The position numbers and the translations under genes were made by a program. From contig NC_068984.1 of the NCBI RefSeq assembly GCF_001194135.2, forward strand, positions 18,796,340-18,860,339: a DNA stretch of 64,000 nucleotides, given 5' to 3'. The notes below the pieces were generated by a model. It was not told the origin of the DNA. It was given only the letters and a program-made list of their open reading frames with translations, and made no database searches. Numbering within the stretch: position 1 is the stretch's first letter; the number at the start of each line of letters is the position of its first letter. The DNA comes from Octopus bimaculoides (Eukaryota). Of this stretch, positions 25,280 through 38,247 are shown in pieces.

Positions 25280-27545
25280 TCGGATTGTCAGTGACTAAAC
25301 TGGGAACCCCACCAAGCTTGCTTGGTGAGGAGGGTGTTTGTTAGACCCATCAAAGGGCACAGGAATTCATGAGCAGTCAACAGCCATCCAACAAATGATC
25401 CTGGACAAGATCTGGAACTGCATCCAATGACAATGGGCTTTGCCTTGAGGAAAATGGAGCTGCCTCTTAATTTGTCATTGCTCCCAGGTCTGCTCTGGTC
25501 CAGAGCGATAGCACTTGTTAGGACTAAGAGAAGGACAACTCTGAACAAAACCATTCAGGACAGGGAAGTCCTTTAGCTATAAACCGGCATATTCCCTAGA
25601 TGATGATAACACCAATCTAAAATCTGTGTGACATCAACACATCAGCACTTCCCTAGACTCAGGGTCTGCGGCATAATGCTGCAGTGCTATATGGAGCCAT
25701 TCATCTTGGTTTACTGGATAACTCCTCCATGCAGTGTCAAGTTAGTAGGTCACGGATTGTGCAACCATTTCTCCACTATAAACTTCTTAGTGCAATCGTT
25801 TCCTACATCATTTACGATTATGTTTCAAAGTCCTGTGGCATTGAGTGCCGAATGGCAGGGGCAGGCTTAGGCTGGCTGGAAGCCCTTAGTTCTGTGCTTG
25901 CACACAGGAAGTCTCAGCAAGATGGGCATTTGCTTCCCGGATGAACAGCCAAGACTCTCAGTCCTACTGAAACAACTGAGCAGTCTTGTTTAGGGATGCT
26001 CTGCTCACTCCAAGATGGGGATGGGCATAGGAAATGTGGCCTAAAAAACGCCTGCTCACACATCTGATCTGGATGGATAACCACGTCCATCGGAATGTCT
26101 TTCAAATGCGGTGGAAACATCAAAAGTAAAATTCGACCTCTGAATGTTGCAACCTGGAATGTTCGCACTTTACTGGATGACACCAACACCTCCCATCCCA
26201 ATTGCTTCCCTGCCCTTGTTACAGCAGAACTCCAACGCTACAACATCAATGTTGCTGCCTTCAGTGAACTCGCTTCCTTGAGGAGGGGTCACTTATGGAG
26301 GTAGGTGAGGGATACACTTTCTTCTAGAAAGGTGACCTTGCTGGCTCCCGTCCCCACATGCATGGCATTGCTTTTGCTGTCAGATCAGCTTTGGTCCCAT
26401 CACTAACTGAGTCACTAGTTAGCATCAGTGAATGGTTCATGACGATGCGCATCCCACTAATGCATGGCTGTTCGCCCACACTGCTTAGTGCTTATGCACC
26501 AACTCTCACATCAGCCAAAGAGGACAAACATGCCTTCTACATTTCCCTGCATGCTGCCCTGCAGCGTGTTCCATGTGAAGACAAACTCTTGCCTTTAAGC
26601 GACTTTAATGCAAAAATGGGATCAAACCATCACACTTGGCATGGTATTCTCGGTAGGAATGGCCAATTTGGTGTCAAGCAAGGATGCGTACTTTCCCCGG
26701 TCATCTTCAACTTCTACATGGCAGCCATAGCCTTCCACGCCAGGCATTCATTGAAGCTGAAAGATGCAATAACTATCAGATATCGGCTGGATGGCAGTAT
26801 TTTCAATCTGAGGTGCCTGAAATTTGCAACAAGGGTGTCGTCTCAACACATCGAATTGCAATATGCAGATGATATGGCACTTGTCAGCCATAGCTCTGCT
26901 GGCCTTCAGAGGCTCTTGGACCACATGTCAAATGCATACAGCCATGCTGGTCTAGTCATCAATACCAAGAAGATAGAAATCCTCCAACAGCCTCATTCCC
27001 CTGACACCAACCCATGCCCCTTCCATATTGAAGATGTGACGATTGCTAATGTTAACCAATTCACGTACCTTGGCTCAGTCCTCAACAACACTCTCGATCT
27101 GACACATGATATTCAGTGCCGCATTCGTCTTGCCTCTTCTGCACTTGATTGGCTAAGTACTTGTGTCCTTCTCAACAAGAACAACATCAGAACAAGAGTG
27201 GCTATTCAGAATGCTGTTTGTGTCTCAATTGTTCTATATGACTGTGAGTTTTGGGTGCCCTACTGGTGTCATACCAAGATGCTTGAACGGTTTCATATCT
27301 CTCACCTTCAACAACTTCTTGGTTTACATTGGTGGAACAGGATCCCTCATGCTGAGATACGTGGCCAAACAAACAGCCAACAATTGGAGGTAACAATCAC
27401 TAACTGCCAACTCAGATGGGCAGGGCATGTCATTCGAGTGCCTTCAAACCGATTGCCCCCACCTTGTTATATACCGCAAACTTGAAGATGGAAGATGCTC
27501 AGTCGGTGGCCAGTACAAGTGCTATAAAGATCACCTGAAGGCAGG
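25280..27545 (+). mobile_element. RTE/BovB-clade LINE with 5'UTR, AP-endonuclease and RT; internally deleted and 3' truncated
   Basis: NVATWNVRTL, SAYAPT and DFNAKMG (APE); GVKQGCVLSP, LQYADD, FTYLGS and QLRWAGHV (RT); EN joined directly to RT near 26660. 5' boundary approximate. Confidence 0.9.
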
Positions 27546-28519
27546 TAAATGAATAATTTTCTTTTTAACCCTATGACATGCTTATGCTAATGTCTTGGCA
27601 ATTTGTATATCTTTTAAACTTTTATTGGTTTCAGCAAGAGGCTGTGGCCATGCTAGGACACTTCCACATTGATTTATACCGTTTTCACTCAGATATTTCA
27701 TTGCTGAATGAATGCCTCTTCTATTTAATTTCTCATATAATTTCAGTAACTTATAACAACCGGCTTCGACAATATGTCATTCTAGACACACGTGGAATTG
27801 TTTCCTGGAAACCAGATTGGATAGATTCTAAAGGTAATTCGAATTACAAAATTTCTCATTCCCACTTTTTCATATCTTTGACGATGGTGACGATAATGAC
27901 AATGATGACAACAACAACAATGACAATGACAGCAATGTCGATGATGATGAGAACAATGATGACTACAATGATGATGAAGATGACTACGATGGCAACGATG
28001 ATGCTTGTAGTGTTATTGTTGTAAATTAGGCCCCAAATCAGTTCTGACTGAACAAATCTATGATGAAATAAATTCTGGCCATGACCATCACATATTTCTG
28101 TGTGTTTACATGTATCTAAGACTACATTATTGTAATGTGTCATTCCAATTTTTTTTTTAAGATGGTAAAGTGTTATTTGAGAAAGACTTGACTACTATTT
28201 TTGCACACCAAGCAACCACCTAAAGGTTCCTTTACTGGCTTGAGCTTTCTTGACGTTATTGATGTTGTTGGTAGTAATGATGATGATAGTGATGATGGTG
28301 ATGACAATGATGGTAATGATGATGATGATCCAGAGAAAAGAATGCCATTCTACATGACATAACATTTCCCTGATTACTTATAATGCAATATAAACAAAAC
28401 TAAGACATATTTGATATTTAATATTTGCGTGTGTGTTATTCTAAGGTCGTGATAGATATGTCATTTGTTGTAGATGCGTTCAAAAGGAACTGTATTTTGT
28501 AATAAAGATAGTCTCTCTA

Positions 28520-29094
28520 CCAATTCATTGGCTACATGTATCATCCCTAAATTGATAGAGGGGACCACAGAATGAACTTAATCCTCCAAACACATACCAT
28601 CATAAAAAGCAAGAGACAGCCTAAATCTATGAAAATCACCTAACTCAAGCCTGAATACACTTAACAGCAACACTGAAGCCGTCAGTAAAAAAATGCAGAA
28701 GACCCAACTATGGAATATGCATCAATTTAATTGAGGGATCAGAGTTTTCCTTCAAACAGGGACAACGTTTCACGGTGAAAAGCAGCTTCACATGTGCTTT
28801 GGAGAACCTTATATATGCACTAACCTGCTCTGGGTATCAAGAGCAATACATAGACCAAACAGAAAACAGTCTACGTCAAAGGGTGGCTCTGCACAGATCC
28901 CAGATCAAAATTCCCCAAAACAGAAAAATAGCATTCAGCCAACACATCAACATTTGCGCCAATAACAAAAAACCAAGCTTCAGAATATTTTTCCCCTCTA
29001 TCAATTCAGGGATGATACAACCTGTAGCCAATGAATTAGTAAAGAGACTCTCTTTATTACAAAATACAGACCCCTTTTGAATGCATCAGCAACA
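28520..29094 (+). mobile_element. Penelope-like retroelement fragment: linker plus GIY-YIG endonuclease (frameshifted)
   Basis: Translation ...IIKSKRQPKS...KKCRRPNYGICINLIEGS...FTCALENLIYALTC...QYIDQTENSLRQR..LHRS matches the PLE CxxC/FTC/IY-C-YIG-T layout; runs into a gap. Confidence 0.85.
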
Positions 29095-29994
29095 NNNNNN
29101 NNNNNNNNNNNNNNNNNNNNNNNNNNNNNNNNNNNNNNNNNNNNNNNNNNNNNNNNNNNNNNNNNNNNNNNNNNNNNNNNNNNNNNNNNNNNNNNNNNNN
29201 NNNNNNNNNNNNNNNNNNNNNNNNNNNNNNNNNNNNNNNNNNNNNNNNNNNNNNNNNNNNNNNNNNNNNNNNNNNNNNNNNNNNNNNNNNNNNNNNNNNN
29301 NNNNNNNNNNNNNNNNNNNNNNNNNNNNNNNNNNNNNNNNNNNNNNNNNNNNNNNNNNNNNNNNNNNNNNNNNNNNNNNNNNNNNNNNNNNNNNNNNNNN
29401 NNNNNNNNNNNNNNNNNNNNNNNNNNNNNNNNNNNNNNNNNNNNNNNNNNNNNNNNNNNNNNNNNNNNNNNNNNNNNNNNNNNNNNNNNNNNNNNNNNNN
29501 NNNNNNNNNNNNNNNNNNNNNNNNNNNNNNNNNNNNNNNNNNNNNNNNNNNNNNNNNNNNNNNNNNNNNNNNNNNNNNNNNNNNNNNNNNNNNNNNNNNN
29601 NNNNNNNNNNNNNNNNNNNNNNNNNNNNNNNNNNNNNNNNNNNNNNNNNNNNNNNNNNNNNNNNNNNNNNNNNNNNNNNNNNNNNNNNNNNNNNNNNNNN
29701 NNNNNNNNNNNNNNNNNNNNNNNNNNNNNNNNNNNNNNNNNNNNNNNNNNNNNTATAAAAGCACTTACTACACTCTTGGAGTGGCTGGTGTTAGGAAGGG
29801 CATCCAGCTGTAGGAACTTTGCCAGATCAGATTGAGCCTAGTGCAGCCTTCTGGCTCACCAGTCCTCAGTCAAACTGTCCAACCCATGCTAGCATGGAAA
29901 GCAGACATTAAACGACAATGATGATGATGATGATGATGATATATTTATAAAGTTCCTCAACTTGTAAAGTAGGTAAGATTTGATTAAAGGAAAA

Positions 29995-30222
29995 GCATCT
30001 GGACTGTTTTGTGGAATTTTGATCTGGGATCTGTGCAGAGCCATCCTTTGACGTAGACTGTTTTCTGTTTGGTCTACGTATTGCTCTTGATACCCAGAGC
30101 AGGTTAGTGCATATATAAGGTTCTCCGAAGCACATGTGAAGTTGCTTTTCACTGTGAAACGTTGTCCCTGTTTGAAGGAAAACTCTGATCCCTCAATTAA
30201 ATTGATGCATATTCCAAATAAG
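29995..30222 (-). mobile_element. Inverted near-identical copy of the Penelope GIY-YIG segment
   Basis: Reverse complement matches about 28711-28925 with only about 6 substitutions (ORF 29889-30284 GICINLIEGSEF...). Confidence 0.85.
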
Positions 30223-30849
30223 TGACCATCCAACGAATGCTCCAGTATAGATATAAAGCAAATGAAATATTGAATGATATGCATGATCCTTTATATTGAC
30301 AATGAAGATAAACATTGACAAGAAAACTGCATCAGGTGAGTCACTCCCTTCATCACTACCACTATTAGAGATGCAGTGAACCATTGATTGTTTCATCAGA
30401 AACCTATAATCAATAATACTATTATTCACAAGGTGTGACTTAAAATATATAAATAAACCATTAAACAACCATAACATAACCTTTACTTTCTTTTTCTCTT
30501 TTTTCTTTGTCAATTTAAAAGATGAATTTGAACTGTAATTACTTTCTTTTCCTTATTTTACTTTGTCAATTTAAAAGATGAATTTGAATTGTAATTAGAA
30601 TTTTATTGTTGTTAAATTCTTTTAATCTTATAATAGTAAAACGAGTTCTGCTGTACCCAAAATATCAACATCGTGTCATCACTAAGCTGCAATATGTCAA
30701 GAAATATAACTGCTATTTCATTCTCGACAAAGAGTTTACTGTCAAGGTAAAAAGAGAATCAATGTTTCATTTCCACTCAGTATTGTTTTATTTTTGTTGT
30801 TGTCATTGTTGCCACTGTAGTAACCAATTCAATATATGTTTGTCGCCTT

Positions 30850-31088
30850 ACTTTCCAGCTTCGCCTTACTGGCACTCGTGCCGGTGGCATGTGAACAAAA
30901 CATTGGACTGATTCCTGTGCAGGTAGCACGTAAAAAGCACCCACTACACTCTCGGAGTGGTTGGCGTCAGGAAGGGCATCCAGCTGTAGAAACTCTGCCA
31001 GATCAGATTGGAGTCTGGTGTAGCCATCTGGTTCACCAGTCCCCTGTCAAATCGTCCAACCCATGCTAGCATGGAAAGCAGACGTTAA

Positions 31089-31127
<39 letters not shown>

Positions 31128-31128
31128 T
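30850..31128 (+). mobile_element. RTE 3'-UTR short copy
   Basis: Shared family sequence and (GAT)n tail; further + copies at about 3661-3775, 13611-13770, 16185-16335, 29755-29940, 37725-37880. Confidence 0.8.
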
Positions 31129-31289
31129 CTTGATAAATTATATCACACCTTTTACACATTAATGGTAATATGAAATATAGAGGTAAAATTAAAGCCAGCT
31201 GTAATTGTTAAACTCAATCTGTACTATTTATGCCAAGTCTTAGAGGAAACATGGTACCAATGACCTATTTCAGAGCTTTTGGAATTCTG

Positions 31290-32740
31290 AGGGTGGAAAA
31301 TACTTGGCAAACTTGGATGTTCGGATCACTTTATATCTATAATTAAATCATTTCATGATGGGATGGAGGCTTGGGTCAATGTTGGTGGTGGTATGGCGGG
31401 ACCCATTCCTGTAGAGAATGGTATCAAGCAGGGTGACATCCTTGCCCCAACTCTCTTTTCTTTGTACTTTGCTGCTGCTTTTACTCATGCTTTTACTAAG
31501 GTTAGCTCTCTTGGAATATATGTCAGATATTGATCTTCTGGCTGCCTCTTTAATCTTCGCCAATTTTCTGCCAATTCAAAGGTTCTCCAGTCTACTATTT
31601 GTGACCTCCTTTATGCAGATGACTGTGACTTAGTCACTCATACAGTGGATGACATGCAAATACTCATGAATTGCATTTCTGCTTCTTGCAAGGCATTTGG
31701 ACTTGGCATTAGCCTGGACAAGACTGTTGTAATGTTCCAGCCTGCACCAGCAAATCCATATGTGAAACCAGCTATCTTGGTTGAAGGAACAATTCTGAAG
31801 GTAGTAGACAAGTTTGTCTACCTGGGCAGCACACTCAGCCGTTCTTGCTCCCTGGATGAGAAAATATCTTTTAGGTTGCAGAGAGCAACTAATTCCTTCC
31901 GGTCTCTTCAGTCTTGTATCTGGTCCCAGCATGGCATAGGAAAGCAAACAAAAGTTGCTGTGTACCGTGCATGTGTACTGACATCGCTCCTCAACTCATG
32001 TAAGACATGGACTCTGTACAAACGTCAGGTAAGGGTCCTTGAATGCTTTCATCAGAGATGTCTCAGGCACATTCTCAATGNNNNNNNNNNNNNNNNNNNN
32101 NNNNNNNNNNNNNNNNNNNNNNNNNNNNNNNNNNNNNNNNNNNNNNNNNNNNNNNNNNNNNNNNNNNNNNNNNNNNNNNNNNNNNNNNNNNNNNNNNNNN
32201 NNNNNNNNNNNNNNNNNNNNNNNNNNNNNNNNNNNNNNNNNNNNNNNNNNNNNNNNNNNNNNNNNNNNNNNNNNNNNNNNNNNNNNNNNNNNNNNNNNNN
32301 NNNNNNNNNNNNNNNNNNNNNNNNNNNNNNNNNNNNNNNNNNNNNNNNNNNNNNNNNNNNNNNNNNNNNNNNNNNNNNNNNNNNNNNNNNNNNNNNNNNN
32401 NNNNNNNNNNNNNNNNNNNNNNNNNNNNNNNNNNNNNNNNNNNNNNNNNNNNNNNNNNNNNNNNNNNNNNNNNNNNNNNNNNNNNNNNNNNNNNNNNNNN
32501 NNNNNNNNNNNNNNNNNNNNNNNNNNNNNNNNNAAGCGAGCTGTGCGCTTTCGCGCAGCTCATATAGTTAATGGGATAAGCTTAATCTGCAATGTTTGCA
32601 GTCGTGTATGCTTGTGAAGAGCAGGGCTCATTAGCCACCAATGGAGCTGCAAATGCAAAATATAAGTTAGTCCTAGAGCGCACAATGTTCCTGAAGGTCG
32701 GCAATGGTCTTCCTCGGTCACTAGTGGACGGCCATCATGT
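31290..32740 (+). mobile_element. RTE/BovB-clade LINE 3' half
   Basis: GIKQGDILAP, LLYADD, FVYLGSTL, C-terminal CNVC...ISH zinc knuckle, ends gccatc(ATGT)n; gap 32080-32533. Confidence 0.9.
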
Positions 32741-32771
32741 ATGTATGCATGTATGTATGTAATAATATATA

Positions 32772-33285
32772 GATAAGCTAATGGGATAATCGTTAATAAT
32801 ACAAGTTAAAACTACTGGAGTGTAACTGTTTCCTATCCACACACTCACACACACACATGCATTGCATTATGTTGATCTAATAAGAAAGGAATGCTCAATA
32901 TATGCTGTAGAAGATATGGTTTTTTTTTTTTATTGAAGCAGGAACATGATTGTTTTGCAACATGAGTTTTAGCGGTATGAAACTCAAGCTGTGAGATAAA
33001 TTCTCACTATCTTCAACAAAAAGCCACGTACATACATACATGCATACATACATACATACATACATACATACACCACTAAAACTCATGATGCAAAACAATC
33101 ATGTTAGCTTCAGTTTGTGTTTCAATAAAAAAGAAACCCATATCTTCTACAGCATATATTGAGCATTCCTTTCTTATTAGTTCGACATAAAGCACGCACG
33201 CGCATGTGTGTGTGTGTGTGTGAATAGGAAACAGCTATACTCCAGTTTTAACTTGTATTAGCGGGGATTTTCCCATTAGCTTATC
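32772..33285. mobile_element. Fold-back element / MITE with arms of about 210 bp
   Basis: 32772-32982 is the reverse complement of about 33068-33285; the short spacer contains (TACA)n. Confidence 0.75.
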
Positions 33286-35599
33286 AGTTTTCTATATTTT
33301 ATTAGGAACCATACAAATCTTAGATCTGCTAATATTTTAAGCTCTTTCTAATCCCATCTCCTTTATGAAATGTTATGAGTAAAATGATTGTTACGACTGA
33401 AATAATTATTATGCCTAAAATGATTGTTGTGATTGAAATGTCAAAAAACCCTGGCAGACATAGGAATGTAGTTGTATCTGTTTTTCCCATGTTATATATA
33501 AACACACCTGAAATTTTCATACTATTCACATCAGAATAGTCTCAAGAAACAGGAAAGTAGCAAACTGGCAGAAACATTAGCACACCGGATGAAATGCTTA
33601 GCAGAATTTCGTCTGTCTTTATGTTCTGAGTTCAAATTCCGCCGAAGTTGACTTTGCCTTTCATCCTTTTGGGGTCGATAAATTAAGAACCAGTTGTGTA
33701 TTAGAGTCGATCTAATCGAATGGCTCCCTCCCCCAAAATGTTGGGCCTTGTGCTTAGAGTAGAAAAGAATAAACAGGAAGTAACTAGTTTTTTAATGGTG
33801 TCTGCTGTCATTTGTTGATACAGTTGCTGTTTAGTCCCTAAGTCAGCCTGACCCAGTAAATATATAATCAAAAGTATTCCAGCTGTGACCAGCCTACCTT
33901 TGTGTAGAGAATGGAGGATTATATTATCCAAAGATATGTTCTAAGATGGTATAGTGTAATTTTAGGGAGATTTAGCTGCTATTTCTAATGTTTGTTTGTT
34001 GTTGAGGTTTGCTATCTATGTGTGAAGTTTTTCTGCTAAATGTTGACTAGTTCACTTCCTGTTTTTCTGTTGTTTTGTTTTTCTGTGTGGAAAGGTAAGA
34101 GAGATATACTATATAAATAGCAATGTATTCCACAAATGTTTTGTTTTTTCAGTAATAGCTTTGACATTGTAACAAATCCAAAAACCTTTGATATCCAGCT
34201 TTATTCAACTCACAACATAACAGAATCAACAAACAAATGACATATCTGAAACAACAAAAAGAAATCTTACATTGATAAAATAAAATGTTGTACAAAATAA
34301 TAGCATAAAATCTAACAATAGCTAAGAAACAATATTCTCCTCTGCTAAAGTAAACTGAAGTTTGTTGTTTTTCCATCATATAGTAAAACGTACAATGTCA
34401 ACTGAAAACTCGCACAAATTATGAATCTCTCTTATATTATAGATTAGTGAATCATCCATGTCATATTGTTCATGCTTCTGTCACTGATATGTTGAACAAT
34501 GCAGAGGCAAATAATCTAGTTTAGATTTCTGTTGCTCCTAAGTAGAACTGTAAAGGAATGAATCCTTCATAATACCGGTTTAAAATTTTGGCACAAGGCC
34601 AGCAATTTTGGGTGAGGGGACTAGTCGATTACAACAACCTCCAGTATGCAACTGGTACTTATTCTATCAAGCTTGAAAGGATGAAAGGCAAAGTTGACCT
34701 CAGCGGAATTTGGACTCAGAATGTAAAAATGGATGAGATGCTACTGAGCATTTTGCCCAGTACAGTAATGATTTGGCCAGCTAACCCCTTTATGAATCCT
34801 TCATAATATTAGTTTCAAATTTTGGCACAAGGCCAGCAAGAGGAGGGAATAGTTAATTACATTGACATGAGTCATCATCTGGTATTTATTTTATCAACCT
34901 CAAAAGGATGAAAGGCAAAGTCAACTTCAGTGGGATTTGAACTTACAATGTAAAGAGCTGACAAAATGCCATTAAGCATTTTGACTGCCATGGTAATGAT
35001 TCAGCCAGCTTACCGCCTTATGAATCCCTCATAATATTATCTTATCTGAAGAGGTTTTTCTCAGCAAATGTGATATCTCTTGCACTACACAGACATGCAT
35101 ACCTTTCACATACTTCTCAGGGAGATTCAGCTTGACACAGAATGTGAGAAGGCTGGCAATTTTGAATTATGGGTACAAGAAAGTGTATAGAGCATGAATA
35201 AGAAGGAGAGAGGAGAATCAAAGATGGCTGGATGAGTAGGTATGGGTGAAGGCAGAAGATGCATAGGGACAAAAGTCAGGCATACGTGGAGATGGATATA
35301 GTGAGTTAAAAGGGACAACGATAGCAGAGATGAGAGGATGTTCAGGTGAAATGGGCATTCAGTGGACGTGTAGTGGTAAGGAATCATGTTGGGCGAGTGA
35401 GATGGGTGGCAAGGGGAATGATTCCAAGAAGTAGGGTGTGGTAGCACAAAAAATGGGGAAGGAGTGTGTGCAGTTCAGCTCTCTTATAATTATAGCAGCT
35501 GAGCAATAGTCATAATCAGAGGGATGAGTGTTATGAAAATGAGGAGCAGGGAAGGTTCCACGGGTACAGACTGGATGTAGGGGAAGAGACACACATACA

Positions 35600-35630
<31 letters not shown>

Positions 35631-36098
35631 GTATATGTGTGTGTATATGTGTGTGTATATATGTGTGTGTATATATGTGTGTGTATGTGTGTGTGTGTGT
35701 ATGTGTGTGTGTATGTATGTGTGGAAAGAGAGATGGAGAGAAAGAGAAAGGGTGAGACAGACAGGAAGGAAGAAAGAGAGGTATATTTTAATCACTGTAT
35801 TTACTTTTCCAGCAAGTTTAAAATTATGTCTAAAACACACACACACATACTCTTTGTTAGGATTCTTTTTTCCTTCTCTGGTACCTGAGGCTTCCTGCTG
35901 ACAGCGATTAACATCTTTCAGCCTAAATTCAAAACACAAATGACATTCTATATTAACACTGATGTGAGTGTTGTCAGCTTTAATGGTGGAGAATCATTCT
36001 TTATTATAAAATCAGGAGATAGCTTAGTGTTCAATTTCAAGAATTTTTAATCAATCTCTTTATAAGAATTTCAACCTTGTCATGCTTCTTCCATATAG

Positions 36099-36245
36099 GT
36101 TTGTGTAACATCTATATTAACTGTGTATTAGAGTCTCAAAGAAGAATTATATTTCAACAAGTTTCAAAGAGAAAATTTATCAGTTGTTGTGTTCTGTATA
36201 TCAAGGTTAAAGCTGTCTGTAGTTGTCTGTGGGAATTAGATTCAG
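36099..36245 (+). CDS. Candidate upstream exon of the WD40 gene
   Basis: ccatatag acceptor and CAG/gtgaat donor, 147 nt; open in the phase 1-1 frame only; no recognisable motif. Confidence 0.25.
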
Positions 36246-36534
36246 GTGAATAATGGTTTGAAGTGGATAAAATCATGAAGATTATTTTTTTGTTGTTAGC
36301 AAACCAGAACATTCAATAACCTTTGTTGGTTATTCATGATTAAATGAATGCATGCACATAGACAAAGACATGCACACATGCACCCACACACATGCACCTA
36401 CATACACATGTACAGATAAACATTGAAGCATACACAGACATATACACATACACACATACACATGTGCTCATACATGCATACTCACACACAAATATACACC
36501 TGCATGCACATATATTCATCCAAGTATATGTGTA

Positions 36535-36581
<47 letters not shown>

Positions 36582-36730
36582 ACACATATATATATGTATT
36601 GAATTTATTTACCGATACTGTTGTACATAGGTAAATGTGTTTGAAAGTTGTGGTTTCTTTGGCATGTTTGTTCCCAAACAACACTTATTTTAGTGCTGTT
36701 GACACTGCTGAATTGAATGGTACTGCCCAG

Positions 36731-36774
36731 GTATCAAAACCATAATGATATCTGTGGGGCAGCTGATGATGGAG
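36731..36774 (+). CDS. Candidate upstream exon of the WD40 gene (IKTIMISVGQLMME)
   Basis: Strong GAG/gtatgt donor in phase 0 with the 36869 exon. The acceptor is ambiguous: cag at 36730 is weak, and tag at 36693 leads into in-frame stops. Confidence 0.4.
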
Positions 36775-36868
36775 GTATGTTGAATTGTTGGTATGGCTGC
36801 TTTTGTATATGTGGAATAGTATTATAACACATCCTATTGATTGTATGTATATGTACCATATTTTTCAG

Positions 36869-36988
36869 GTTCTCAATAAGGATTTTGAAGAGGTTTACAT
36901 AATGAATTCTGGAACAATTGGAGCCTCTTTTATGGTATTCAACTCTGTTACAGATGAACTATTTACTGGGGGGATTGGTGGAACTAAG
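36869..36988 (+). CDS. WD40 gene exon (VLNKDFEEV...DELFTGGIGGTK)
   Basis: tttttcag acceptor, AAG/gtaagg donor, 120 nt, phase 0-0. Confidence 0.88.
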
Positions 36989-38214
36989 GTAAGGCCATGT
37001 GTTTCACTTTATCACAATTTAATACACAATCCCTCCCCTCATAATTACACATCCAATCATTTAGTTATTGAAGCTGCTTGATTTTATATGTTAAGATATA
37101 TGGGCACAAGTGTGGCTGTGTGGTAAGATGTTTACTTTCAAACCTCATGGTTTTGAGTTCAGTCTCATTGTTTGGCACCTTGGATAAGTGTTTTCTGATA
37201 TAGATCTGGGTCAACCAAAATATTGTGAATGGATTTGGTAGATGCAAACTGAAAGAAAGCCATCATATGTATGTATGTATGTATGTATGTATGGTAAGGG
37301 TCTTCCTATGACACTGACATGCAGTGTCTGTGCAAGACCGTGCCTCAGTAAAGCTGGGCTTATGAGTCATCTTCGTAGTCATAAAGCAAAACTGATGATT
37401 GACTACCAGGCCGCTGGTGATGATGCTACACACCATACTAATCATGTCTGTCGAGCATGTGGAAGGGAGTGTGATTCACCAGGAAGACTTAAATGACACA
37501 CAAAGGTACATGGAACCCAATTACAACAACAGCCAGCTATTGCCAGTAAAGGTTTTGGGTGCCAATTCTGTGCAAGACATTGTAGATCTTTGGCAGGGCT
37601 AAAAAGTCACATTCGATCACAGCACCGTTAAGTTAAGCTTCGTGCAATGGCCATACTCGATAACGAGGGGGCAGCCATCATGTATGTATGTATCTATGTA
37701 TGTATGTGAGTGTGTGCGTGTGTGTGGTGTTAGGAAGGGCATCTAACTGTAGTAACCATGCCACAATAGACAATTGAAGTCTGGACAGCTCCCTGCTAGT
37801 AAGCTCCATGCCAAACTGTCCAAACCATGCCAGCATGGAAAGCAGGCATTAAACGATGATGATGATGATGATAATGATGATAATCATGCATATATATGTA
37901 TATATGTATGTATGTGTGTATATATATTAATATATATGTATGTATGTTACGGTCTCCTCGCCTTGACATTCTGTGGTAGTTGTAAGCGAGTGTCACCATC
38001 ATGCAAGTGGTGTCCTTTATTTCCAATCTTCCATAGAAACATGTCTGGTCATGGGTGAGAAACTATTACCTTATTTGGAAAACAGGAAGGGCATACAGCT
38101 GTGGAAAATCCTTCAACAAATTCTGTCTGACCCATATGGGTATAGGAAAGTGGACACTGAAATGATGATAGTGATGTTGATGACGACGACGACGACGATG
38201 ACGACGACGATGAC

Positions 38215-38247
<33 letters not shown>

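Noticed and set aside
25200-25310. Possible HDV-like ribozyme at the RTE 5' end
   Set aside because: Some RTEs carry one, and a tccagt/actggg pairing exists, but I could not build the nested double pseudoknot; needs an Infernal/RNArobo search.
4266-32617. ORFs dominated by X
   Set aside because: Produced by N gaps, not coding evidence.
33255-33290. CTGATAAGC...GC hammerhead-like start at the fold-back termini
   Set aside because: G8 is altered and no GAAA follows the stem.
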